Positions 31,642 to 43,785 of a stretch of DNA of 64,000 nucleotides are shown in pieces; the first letter of the stretch is position 1, and each line of letters opens with the position of its first letter. Position numbers and translations under genes: made by a program. The notes under the pieces were generated by a model that saw only the letters and a list, made by a program, of their open reading frames with translations, was not told the origin of the DNA and searched no databases. Source of the DNA: Bigelowiella natans CCMP2755 (lineage: Eukaryota > Protista > Cercozoa); contig ADNK01001009.1 of assembly GCA_000320545.1 (NCBI GenBank), positions 1 to 64,000 of the forward strand, given 5' to 3'.

Positions 31642-32049
31642 GTGCCAAGAGGGAACAAAGGCCATGCATTTGAAGAAACTTGGTTTCATGCCTGGCTCTC
31701 GCACAACAGGAATCACATTGAAGCTGCCATCGCCACATCATGGATACGCGCCATCTGTGGTGTTGGCAGCCTTGGAACTTTCTTGCTGTCCAGAGGACAA
31801 CGCACAGAATTGGAAGCAATGTGCGACACATGCAACACATTGCAAGACATGGACCACATTCTGCAATGCAGGAAATACGGACCACAGAGACTCAGAATCA
31901 ACAAACAACTGACGGCGATCATGGATCGCAACGATGAAACTACGCGTCTCACAACCACAGAAAAATTGACTCGCAAAGCTGCGCGCAAAGCACGACATGC
32001 TAGACCAAATCACAATGCATTTTTATATTTTCATGCATGCAACATGTGA
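31642..32049 (+). mobile_element. 5'-truncated non-LTR retrotransposon remnant (C-terminal CCHC zinc-knuckle region)
   Basis: Intronless intergenic ORF with GSLGTFLLSRGQRTELEAMCDTCNTLQDMDHILQCRKYGPQR (C-x2-C-x7-H-x3-C, then Y..R). This resembles the post-RT/RNase H tail of LINE ORF2. No RT motifs are present. Confidence 0.6.
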
Positions 32050-32083
32050 CCAAGCTAGCAAGGAAACAAACAGATTCAATTTA

Positions 32084-32162
32084 AGCGCTGTAGCCGCTGC
32101 TTTGCACAGCTACATTAGGATGACCATTGAAAAAATTTAAACATTTCATTACATCGGTCTCG
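32084..32162 (+). repeat. Dispersed intergenic repeat, copy 35 bp after the LINE-like ORF stop
   Basis: agcgctgtagccgctgctttgcacagctacattaggatgaccattgaaaaaatt...tttcattacatcggtctc. Confidence 0.9.
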
Positions 32163-32547
32163 ATCATATATACGCGGTATGTGCATGCTACACACATCAC
32201 TAGATCTAGAGATCATGTTCTGTGTCCGTAGTCGGATGTTATTTGCTGTGTTGCCGTACCATTCTAGCTATAATTGTTTATGTCGGCATTGGGCTTTTGC
32301 ATCTACAGCATTGCGCAAAATTCTCTGTCTGGATGTTGCTACATGCATCGCTTAGGGTATTTTCTCATGCATACATTTACACAATTTTTGTCTGCAACGT
32401 ACGTATATTACATGTGATAACTGCATCATGTATCTGATGCCCTAATTCACTGATGGATCTATGTGTAAATGGTTCCATTCGCGTAGCTGCATAATTAGTT
32501 TCACTTTAATCTGATTATCAAGGGTAATCTTTGGCTCCCATTTCCTA

Positions 32548-33728
32548 CTACTCTTTACCAGATGCAGCTTGTTCGAGTGCCATTCTTTCTTCTCTGAACT
32601 TCTTCGAAAGCTCGGGGTCTTTAGGAAGGTAGACAGTGAGAATTTCGTTCTCAAGTTCGCTGGTGATAGCTTCCTTGTTCACATCTGGAGGCATGCGAAT
32701 GCTATGGTGGAATGCATGATTAAGAGTTCTATTGCCCTTCATCTGCTCCCTGCATTCACCTTGTACAACCAAGACCGGACCACGAACTTCTACCTTGAGA
32801 TCTTTAGATTTAAGTCCAGGACGCTTCATAGCTAAAGTGTAATTAGCTTCATTTTCACCGTACTCGACACTGTTTGCCTTCTGCATTCGCTGCAGAATCT
32901 CCATAGGATCGTTCAACACAGCGTCAGTTCCGCATCCCTAGAGAGGTAATAAATAAAAAGGTCATTTTCAAGTTTATAAAGCTGAAAATTGTTGATGGCA
33001 AATTATCTGTAATTACCTGATTGCAAGTATCTACACAGGTGTGTGGCTCAAGCATCCAGCGGCACCGGTTGAAGCAGTTCTGAAAGCATTCCTCGTCCGA
33101 GATAGATTCGTTACGGTGGTTCTTCAGAGCAAGGTCAAGGACTGCATCCTTAAACTCATTGCGCACGCGATTTTGAATCTCTACGTACTCTCCGTGATCA
33201 GTTGGCATCTGTGCTGCCATGGTCTGCATCATGACTCCGGGGAGGTTTCCCATCACTGCCGCAGCCTCACGAGGATCGATGTGTCCATTTCCGTTCTGTT
33301 ATCAAGATAGGGTTATTTTCATAGAAAATTGATAATCTACTGATCATCTACGCATACTAGTTTCTCCCGTTGGGTACCTGGTCCATTCCTCTGATTGCGT
33401 GAGGGAGGTGGGCGTGGATGATTAGCTGCATTTGGCTGGGCTCATTGGCTCTCTCGTCGTGCATAACCTCCTCAATCATCTCCTCCAATTCCTCACCGCT
33501 TACCTCACCATCTTTGTTCTGATCTGCAACAGCAAGTGCACTTGCATCTCCCAACATTGGCCTGTTGTCATAGCTCTGTGTAGGGCGTCCTCCAAAAGCA
33601 AGGGCAACAATGAAAAGCACCAGGCCTACGCTCAAGACCATGGAGCCATAAAATATCTTTGATTTCTTCGACAGAGGGGAACGTGCCTTCCTCTGCATCA
33701 TCTGGGCGTTGAAGGACGAGTATTCCAT
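32548..33728 (-). CDS. Membrane-anchored or secretory protein: TM/signal + two EF-hands + six-Cys motif + Hsp20/alpha-crystallin domain (about 339 aa, 3 exons)
   Basis: Exons 33378-33728, 33017-33295 and 32548-32937 are all phase 0 with GT-AG borders. TM IFYGSMVLSVGLVLFIVALAF. EF loops DQNKDGEVSGEE and DQ|NGNGHIDPRE. ACD YTLAMKRPGLKSKDLKVEV..FHHSIRMPPDVNKEAITSELENEILTVYLPK. Confidence 0.85.
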
Positions 33729-34356
33729 CGTGCGTTCTTTCTCCTCACTGGTGACTGATAGGTTTTGGCTGGGATGGCTCAACCTTTCAGATCCAAACTT
33801 TGGATTACATAGAGATGTCAATTAAAAAAATCTAGTAGTTTTTATTTGTACGTCATAATTTAAAAAGCAAAAAAAGGCGGAATTGCAATCAAAATTTCAT
33901 GTATGCAAAATCAGTATGGAGACTTTAGGTTTGCAATGGAAGGAGTCTTATTTCAGGTTTAAAAGGCTTCGGTCATACGACAAATACTCCTCCCTTTTAC
34001 AAAGAATTTGGACGACAAATATAAGTCTCTGTATCAGAATACCCTTACAAATAGCAGCAGTATCTCCATTCTCCATCGTATCCACGAAATTCGAGAGAAA
34101 TTCGAAGACTGCACGGGCCCTCGCAACTCGGACTGGGTTAAGCAAGGTTGCTAATGCGACCAAACGCAGGCGGATTACGTTCATCGAAACGCATGTGATT
34201 TTTATGGGAGGTAATCCTTATTGCCTGACGCGAGCTTCTTTTCCAATCCAGATTTATGTCTGAAATCCAGGCGAATTATGCCCAACTGAAGCGAGAAAGG
34301 AACGTTTTATTTTGGAGCACGAGCACTTCGTGTCCTGCCAGCCTTGCAGCAGGGGC

Positions 34357-36259
34357 ATGGCATGCCGGTTGGGGAGGAGAGCACTTAGCGCCTGGACTCT
34401 CCGAGGAAGAACGCGGACGGTGGTGTAGAGTTGATAGATGAATCCTATCTGAATTCGGGGATTCAGACTGCATTCGTCCGTGCCACGGCGTTGTTGTGTC
34501 CATGTGTCAGGTGAACATAGAACTGCATAGGGTGTCGAACCTCGTCACAGAGGAATGGGGCCAGGTGATCGATGGTGGCGCCGCACTTTTTCCTAGAGAG
34601 TAGCTTGCTATCTTTTTTATTTGAGAATTTGGAAAATAAAATTACCTAGATATTGATTAACTCGGCCAATAGCGATCTATGCGGTGCACAGTTTCCCTAC
34701 TTTCCAAGGTATGTTGGCGAACAATCTGGCTTGGATGCCGTGCACCAGTCCGATAATTACACACATTTATACGATTCCTCATCAAAATGCACAAAGGGGT
34801 GGATTCAGTGAAGATAATCCGCAGCCGAAAACTAAAGAGCAATGGCAGGTTCGTTGACAGCACAGCCACAACGCCACCGCCGGTTTTATTGTTGGTTCTC
34901 TAACTTCAGGCAAGTTCTCAATGGTGTGGGATGGAAGCTGGTAAGTTCAACGAGGGGACACGTGGGTAGAATCATGACTTAGCCATACGCATTTGCAGCT
35001 GTGTGTTTTCATGTTTAAAACACTGTTATTCGTGCAACAGGTAAGGATATGCTATACCCCGTTCAATGCATCGACGGAGCTGTGCACATGTATGCAGGTA
35101 TGCAGGTATTCGTTAATATAAGTACACATTGCTGAGAATCTACTAAACCAAAACATCCACGGCATGTCCTCCTCAGGAAAAGAACTACGAGCGTACTTAC
35201 AGGTTGGTTGCGTTCAGATGATGCCATAGTTTCAAATAGATGGGAGACGGTATGAGGTTGGCAGAGGATAATTGTGTATGTCGGGCAAGAAACACGAATC
35301 TTGAATTTTGATCTGTGTCGTCGTACTTTTGTAAATGCAAACAGGAGAAACATCCCTCAGGGTGTGAAGTATCCGAAGCTGTCGCTAGCCCCTCGTTTGG
35401 AAGCATTCCATATTCATGTACGAAGTTAGCATGCTTTCAGGTGCCGAGTGTGCTCAGCTGATTGATGTTTCTTAGACGGAATAGTCCATGCGGTTGCTCC
35501 TACGGCATCCATGAACCAATGGAGAAAGAAACTTAAGGTTTTCGTCATCATAATCACCATCCACCGGCGGCAACCACAACGAACAACAATTCTACACATT
35601 ACAGACTTTCTCATCCCAGCTAATCACAATTTTTTTTCTGCATCTTCAGGACACCTACATCAATGCGCTCAACAGGGCCGTGGTCATCTAAATAATTAAG
35701 AACGATTTTGAATTTCAGTCGGACTGAGTATAAGTTGGGAATATGATGCCTCCTGCACAAAATTGACACGTCTTTTGTACTTCAAGGATGTTTGGAATAC
35801 GCGAACTGCCAATATCATAAAGGTCCGCATTGCACAGTCCTCTAGCCCCCCTTACTCCCTCCCCTCTCTCTATAGATGTATGTACCCCTCTTCCTCCCTC
35901 ACTCGTCTCAAGTAGTTCCGAACTTTGTAGGGCAAGAACGAAACGGTAAAAATTGCCACACCATTCCTAGGGACTGGGGCTAAAGGAATCGGTACGTCTA
36001 ATGCTGCCCTAGAGCACGGCAGAGAAGAGTCTCAACACCTTATCACTTGCCGCTGTCCTATCCTACAGGCTTGCTTGAAGGGGCAAAAGCTGCCTCAGCT
36101 GCCATTGCAGAGGTGGTTCATCAAGAGGAGTATGTGCCATCGTCGTTTCCCGCCTCAGATACCTGCAGTTTCTTCACTGTCCGATTCAGTTTGATTGATG
36201 ATGCGGAAGTAGCTTCAATTACTGAGACGATGAGTCAGTCACTTGGTATGCCAGATTAG
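34357..36259 (+). CDS. Macrodomain (ADP-ribose-binding/hydrolase fold) protein with an inserted loop; about 12 short exons, start tentative
   Basis: Spliced: NLVTEEWGQ|ILINSANSDLCGAQFPYFP|SEDNPQPKTKEQWQ|ASSQWCGMEA|GKDMLYPVQCIDGAVHMYA|GKELRAYLQ|EKHPSGCEVSEAVASPSFGSIPYS|YGIVHAVAP..|DTYINALNRA..KIATPFLGTGAKGI|GLLEGAKAASAAIAEV. Confidence 0.72.
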
Positions 36260-36982
36260 CACTGCGCGAAACGTCTTGCTGCCGAATAAATGCGAGGATA
36301 ATCATATACTTAAGTGGATCTGCTGCATCGTATCCTCTTTGGGACTTTGCCTTCACATGTATGAGAGATAGGGAGACTGCTTGGGGATTCAGTTATCCAA
36401 TAGCTTGGGAGATTACTACTAAGTTATGAAAGACATGGGAAAGCTAATGACGTGCGTGCCAGCAGTGAGTGCTCAAGCGACTGACTATTTGATATTAAAT
36501 GTTAACGGAACAATGAATGACAAATTTGCTATGAACACAAACCGTAAGCTTGCGGTATAAAAATGGCATTGCATGCGTCGCAGAGCTCATGTCTTAGACA
36601 CATGCACGCAATGGACGCATGATTGCAGCCACGTTATATGGCGAGCCAACAGCTCGTGGCACATGCGTGCGTCTGCAGCTAATTTTTTTTTGAGTTCAAT
36701 GCTTCGAAGCTAGTTGCAGTTACGCTGCAGCACTCAGTGACGGCATGAAGTGATCGTCACAACCATTCTCATTTGGTCACGCGCACAGTACACGCCAGGG
36801 TTGAAGTGAATCAACATGAAGATGCAGTTGGTTGTACTCTACACAGAAGCCGTAGCATTCTTTAGCCGACATGTACAACGTTCGAATGACTTGCACGCGT
36901 AATACAATTAACTTTGAGGTGCTTACCTGTTGCTCACACTAGCAAGTGGAGCAATAGTGCGCGCAATCGCTCCTAAGGAACA

Positions 36983-37650
36983 CTATGTGCAGGTCTTTTT
37001 ATTTATAAATGCATCTTCGAATTCTGCTAGGGCCTTCAACCGCTCCGAGTACAGAATGATCTGCTTTGACGCCTTTTTTGGCGAACTCATCTTCGAGATT
37101 TCCGCGAGACTGCGTGGGCGACGGGAGTCCTTCTTCCTCCCTCCCTTCTGCTTGGTGCAAGCCCATGAACATATGGGGCAATCCTTCGCCTCGTGCCGAC
37201 GTGCTTGGCACCATTCGCGACCGAAGTATATCAGTTGGAGGTGGATGGCGCCCCACGAATCCCTAATCCATCACAAATGTAAGGAGGTAAGACACGCCCT
37301 CAACAGCTGTTTTTTTACGTTCCCTTTTCGGAAGATGTGCGACTACCGTGGAAAGAGCTCCGACAGCACAGCCTCTACATGCTGAACGGTCGCATTGGCT
37401 GGTGCCAGCCCCCAGCGCACGGTGAGACGATGGATGTGTGTGTCCACTGGCATGCTAGGTTGGCCGAAGGCCTGTTGTTTGATGATACGATTGGAAGTAC
37501 GTAAGGGCACCTAGCTGCACAGAGGAGACTTGTTTTTTGAGAGGGGGGAATTCATTTTCTGATGATATACTCCGTTCGGGCACAGATAAAAACGCGGCAC
37601 GTTTGATAGATTCACGGTGCACGATCACGAGCGTTGAAAACACGTCACAA

Positions 37651-37685
<35 letters not shown>

Positions 37686-39150
37686 GGCAGAGGATTACGG
37701 ATGCAGTCTTGCGCCCGACGCCTGGAAGCTGTACTAACTCTTCCATGCTAAGAAAAATACAATGATTCACATCTTCTCATCATCTCTGGCTCGGGACGGT
37801 GGCCTTCCCTCTTAATGAATTAACTTACGTTGATGGCACTTTGCCGTCAAAATTGTCCAGGAGCATCTGCGCCATCTTGATTAGATTTCGCGACTTCGTT
37901 GGAGCAAGGCCGACGGAGCGAACTGCCATTGATGTTGAAACAAGCATGTACTCGAACGTGGAAACTTGAAAACTACTCGACGAATAAGTCACCGATGATT
38001 ATTTGTTCCGTGGCAATACGCGGCACAAATATAATATAAATATATATATTCTATTAGTGCTGTCTACATTTTTTTGCAATAGGAAGCTGTTTCGGTAGGG
38101 TACTACTCACTCCAGACTTCTTCTCATACTTTTTAAGAGTAGTCTAGAGAATGAAATGTGCAAAATTAGAGACCTAGTGCGAGGAGCTCCTCAAACGAAA
38201 TCGCGGCTAGTTTTTTTGGTGTCCGGCACTGTTTGAAGAGTTGCTTTGTCACATCGTTGACCTGAATACAATACAACCAGCGGCGCAGTGATACTACAGC
38301 ATTAGAAATGCAGCCTTTTCTTCCAACGAGAACTTACCCTACATGAAAAATAACACACAAACACACACACAAACACACACACACAAACGCCCACACACAG
38401 AGCTTCCTACCTTGCCATCCGTTGTTTGCGCACTGAGCATCACAGCAACTAGCAGCGTGAAATTATCGAGATGGTTCAGAGGGACCGGAGGATCAGGGTA
38501 AAGATGCTGCAGGATCTGTCAAAGTCGAAGGTATTGTGTGAGGGGAAGTCATAATATCTTCCAGCTGCTAAGCTTCTTAATCAAGAGTAGCGTGAACCTT
38601 TGCTATCTCCCGCGCCCTTTCGAGCAAATGCGGGTTCTTTGCAACATGGTCCTTCGCATCAAATCCAGATTTGCTCCGTTTTATCTTCTTCTTTTTAGGC
38701 GTGGCCATAGTTCCGGTCGCAGTAGCAGCATCTCCGGGAGAGGTTTCTCTTTTCTTTCTTTTCCCCCTCAATGCTTTACCTCCCTGATTCGTAACGGCAT
38801 CTAGATTCAGAAAACTACAGGCAGAGACCATTATTCCATTGCAGGGTAGATGTTTGGGTTACAAACTTTTGCGGGCTTCTCGTCCTCGTTTTCAGGGGTT
38901 CTGACGACGGCACTGCTTTGCTGTGTTAGTTCGGAGAATAATCGAATTAAATGGGGTACTCGCGCCTTTCTTACATATTCTTTCGCTCGTCCATCCTATT
39001 GAAACCTCATTCCTCTACTAGACTGGATTTTGACCTTTTTGGTTCTCCGCCGCCCTCGAAGAACCTGAAAACGCACACGCGTGAAAAAACGACACCGAAC
39101 CCAATTCGCTCCCGCCATGCCCGCGAACAACCCTCGACGCGTTTGCGCAT
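36983..39150 (-). CDS. nth: Endonuclease III (HhH-GPD DNA glycosylase/AP lyase), bacterial-like core with basic N-terminal extension; start approximate
   Basis: ILQHLYPDPPVPLNHLDNFTLLVAVMLSAQTTDGK|VNDVTKQLF..|VRSVGLAPTKSRNLIKMAQMLLDNFDGKVPST|MEELVQLPGVGRKTASVILCQ|AFGQPSMPVDTHIHRLTVRWGL..LFPR|DSWGAIHLQLIYFGREWCQARRHEAKDCPICSW. Stop at 36983-36985. Confidence 0.92.
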
Positions 39151-39228
39151 TTCACGCACAGTCGCCCTGAGACGTTGACTTTCGTCACATAGTTCTCGCA
39201 GTGGTAGCAGCAACAGCTTTGGCTGAGA

Positions 39229-40170
39229 ATGATCGAACGATCGTACCCTGTGCGGCTGCTTCACCACGCGGACATTCGCCAGGGACAGCATCTCTTTGTG
39301 AATGGCGAATCCCGGTCACTGACCGGGGATTCACTGCCAAGATCACCGTCATCATCGTCGGAAAATGACCAGGGAAATTGGACTGCGACTTGGATTTGGG
39401 AATGCCGCAATTTAGGAATTTACTCGCCAGCGCGCTGTCGTACATGCCCGGATCCAATTCGGTGTCGGCTCGAGAAGGGGAGAAGAAATTTCCGAAACGT
39501 TCATCGTCGACGCCGACCCGGAAGAACAGGATGCTGTAGTTGATGGGAACATGCATTCCTTGTTTGTTCTACAGTGGAGTAAGAACTCGCACAGCAATAA
39601 AAAAACAAATATCTGAAACAATGCATGCATGCAAATCGTTCGACGCTTCGCGGCTCACTCGGACACGAGTTCTGTTTTTGTGTTTTGATCGGATCGCTCT
39701 GAAGCTCAACACGCTTCCGTCCCTTCGCTTCCCTCCATGGAGAATGTCTGCGTCGCTGTTCTTGAGAAAAAAAAATTGAGCAGTCAGTGTTCAAGATGTC
39801 AAAACCTGCTGGGTGTCGGACATGCAGAGCGGTCATTCAAATTGCGCATGCGGCTGTGAGGTGACATTCTACTTTGTGTGTTCCAGGCGCTTTCTGGAGC
39901 CTTACAGGAACTCTTGTTGGATTGTGCGTTGGTTTTGTTGCGCGTCGTCGGCCAATGCTCCTGTCGCAATGTAAGGGTGGCATTTTGAAATCCCAGCAAG
40001 GCACAGTTCAAACTTTGCGAAGCATGAGGAAGGAGAAAGGTTCCGTGCTGGTTGTTGACACGTCCATCCAGCGCCCGCGACATGCTGACCCATTTTGGCA
40101 ATCACCCACTGGATGCGCATCAGAACAACCCAACCTTTTCATTTCAACACATTTGTGAGAATTGCTTCGA
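39229..40170 (+). other. Unresolved possible small gene or non-coding transcript
   Basis: Non-repetitive stretch with several 60-120 aa ORFs on both strands and some splice-like sites. It lies between the nth 5' end and a palindrome-rich spacer. No consistent model could be built. Confidence 0.25.
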
Positions 40171-40559
40171 CAATTCGTGTGACATTCATTCGACCATTCA
40201 ACGACACACAGGTCAGCCTAGCAGTGCAATGGATGGAGGCAACTTGCTCGCGCGACACGTAGCGTCGTAGTTGTTGCGAGATGGACAGCAGCATGCGAAA
40301 TGGCAGCTCACACATCTAGACATGCCGTGAGATGTGCAACACATGGCACATGTAAAATGGAAAATTAATGAAAAGGCATCAATTTCATGCTAGCATGGCG
40401 TGTTGCGTTGGTCTATCATCAGCGATGCGATGCGTTGTGATGTGCCTCTAATGCATCTTGATGTTCCAACAACACATCACATGGTGTATCCATAGCATCA
40501 TGGGCGTACTCTTATAAACAAGCTTATGAGCTTTAATAACGGCATCTTCTCCGCCATCA

Positions 40560-42207
40560 TAGAATGTTAAGAAGACGGCATGGACGAGGCACCACCGCCA
40601 GCTGAGCCTCCCTCAGACCAAAACTGCAAATAGACATCAATCACATGAGAAATCTGGGAAGGACGCATACTGAGGGCAGGAATAGAAACGTGCAAAATCC
40701 ATCAATCTTGCAGCAACCACGCAGCTATCGCGCGGTGGTTTGTCTTCGTTGTCTTCGTTGTATTTTTGCAAGCAGTCTCTCGCTATCTCATTGTTGCAGC
40801 TTTTTTCATCGTCGTAGTTATTTGTAGGTCTCATCACTTACATATGCAACCCACACGAAAGCGAACCATGTCATCACCTGATGGATGGGTACAGCAGGTA
40901 AGTAGTGTTTAGAGGAATAAAAGCCCACCATTGTTTCCGCTCAGTTGAAAAGCTATTTTCCAACTTCAACGACTACTATCACCTCCACCCCGGGTACAAC
41001 TGCTACTACTACTACTACTATTACTACTGCTACTTCTATTTATACCGTAGTTGCGATCCTATCACAAACGCCCATGAAAGAAGAAATTCTGCGAAAAGCA
41101 TATCGCCACGAAGGGGTAACATCAGTCCGGTCACGTCCTTATCTACACTGCCTCTCTCATGCATATAGTTGTATTGCACTTGGAGATGTAATAACTTTTG
41201 GTGGTTTGGTTGGATATCATTCGATCTCCTTCTCACTTTCTACCCCCCCCACCCCCCCCCCTACCCTCATCTCTCCCCCTTTCCTGGCAACTCAACTGAT
41301 ACGATGTCTCCTGGAACTTTGCTCCGAACAGCGTGTAGGCGGAGGTGGCGATGAGTGCCTTTGGTAGATTTTGGCATGAAAGCGAAGTAGAAGATTAGAG
41401 GGGAGATGGGAGCGGAGGATGGATCATTCGCGAAAGAGCCATGCGTGCGGTGAAGTTCCTCAATGGAGGAGCTGCTACTACTACAGGGTCTAATGATCGA
41501 TAGATAACTACTTTCCCCTCATATCATACTGGCAAGATACATGAAGAATATCACTTTCCCCTCGTCTTATACTGGTGAAGAATATCTCTGAGGAGGAGCC
41601 ACTATTTATTGTGCCCCGTACATTCCATCACCCTCAGCCTTCCTCCCCCTTCCTCCCCCTTCCTCCTCCTCCTCCTCCTCCTCCTCCTCCTCCTCCTTCT
41701 CCACCCAACCAGCATTTTGGAAGCATCACCTCGTTGAATCGAGCGAAGCAAAAGGCCGTTGTGACGATGACGGCGCTGGTATAAGTGCCCCACCAGCCTT
41801 TTACCAATATAATCGCAGTAGCAGCAAACAGTAGCAGCAGCACGTGATCATCAAAGTTATGCATTAGTTGGATCAGCAGCAGGACAGGCACACAGAAAAG
41901 AGAAGTGGGGCATGAAAGAGACGAGGTCGGGAAGATGGAGCAAAGACCCCGGGCCAAAATTTGCCAATCAAGCAGAAGAAAAAAGAGATCATCGGTTCCC
42001 CCCCCCCCCCCCCCTCCCCCCCCTCCTCCCATATATGCATGTGCACGATGCTGCTGCTGCTGCTGCTGTTCCCTTGGAAGTAGTACCACGACAGTTAGCT
42101 ATCAATAGAACAATGGTAAACAACTGCTATCGTCTCTCCTACTGATGCACTTCTTACCGCTCGGATAATCGAGAATTGCACTGTAGATTATGAGGTAGAG
42201 CAGCACC

Positions 42208-42241
<34 letters not shown>

Positions 42242-42575
42242 ATGGTCGTTGGCAGGAGGAGGAGGAGGAGGAGGAGGAGGAGGAGGAGGAGGAGACGAAC
42301 AAGAAGAAGAAGAAGAAGAAGAAGATAAAGAGGGGAAAAGATGACGAACGCATGAAGAACCATCCATGCTCAGGGTTTATCTGATTTGGCATTTTATGTA
42401 TGATGCTACTGTTCAATGCTGCTGTGAGGAAGGTGATGATGATGATGATGACGATGGTGATGATGAGAACGACCTGGACGACAGAGAGCCAGTAGTAAAA
42501 TCCCTCCGAAAACCTTGAGAACGCACGCTATATATTAACAGGCTGAACACACACACTCACTCACTCACTCACTCG

Positions 42576-42613
<38 letters not shown>

Positions 42614-42926
42614 TACCGCAGCATGGGGGCTAGTACGATTCCAGGGACTAGGGCCAAGAGCCCTAGATTGTTTGCCCACTGTAACAACCAACAGCAGCAG
42701 AGGGGATGGAAAGAACGACAACAATCACGACGACGATGACGACGATGACGACGATGATGACGATGATGATGATGATGATGCATACACACGCAGAGATGAA
42801 TGCCTGTGGGTGCTATTCGAATCGTGTCGATGACGGGAACAAACATATTTAATATACCGCTAAGGATACGGAGCCGTTTGGATCTTCGGGAGGAGCAGCG
42901 TTGTTTGTGCCTGGCCGATATCACGC

Positions 42927-42964
<38 letters not shown>

Positions 42965-43085
42965 TAGATATCATCAATAGCGAACATGGACAGCTATCTT
43001 CCATGGACTTACGGCTAGATTGGCCTCAACCTTATGTCTGCACTTATGATTTGTATTGGTGTTGCTTGTATGCGTCCGTGTATGC

Positions 43086-43121
<36 letters not shown>

Positions 43122-43232
43122 AGAGAGAGGGATCTCAAAAGCAGAAAAACTTCGCGCTTTCGGTCATGTCGCAAAGTGGAAATCGAGGATCCTTTTCATG
43201 GATAACAAGAGCGCATAAATATAAATAAATAA

Positions 43233-43285
<53 letters not shown>

Positions 43286-43737
43286 TTTTTGCATTTTTTC
43301 CTCTGCATTATCACTATACCAATAGGTAGAAGGCTGACGAATGACCCCCTGGCATGATGTTCAGCCATGTCGATCGAGGAGGAGTAGGAAGAGGAGGAGA
43401 AAGAAGAGAAAATAGAAGCAGAAAGAATGAGATGTGGACACGTGAAACCAAAGATTATCATGAGAAACAAATACAGAGAGACGGAAAGAGAGGAAGGGGG
43501 GGAAAGACAAGCAGAAGTTAAGATGGGCTTGATTAGACTACTCTTTGAATGGCATGATACGCACGTGCTTTTGTGATGTCGTGTAGGCGGTGCTAATCTA
43601 AAAAACAGGTTTTTGATATTTTGTGCCCCCCCCCCCTCTTCTCCCTTATCAGCACGTTTACTATGGAGCAAGTGCCGATATTCATATTATAGCGGTTTAG
43701 GAATATGCATGGAAACGATGCTATATAAATAAAATAT

Positions 43738-43785
<48 letters not shown>

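Noticed and set aside
33883-34263. 126-aa ORF upstream of the macrodomain gene
   Set aside because: No motif, and it lies in the divergent gap. It could be an upstream exon, but no convincing in-frame splice to the macrodomain exons was found.
34357-39150. Macrodomain + Nth as a dedicated DNA-repair system (DarTG-like)
   Set aside because: No ADP-ribosyltransferase partner is present, the genes are convergent with separate promoters, and adjacency alone is insufficient.
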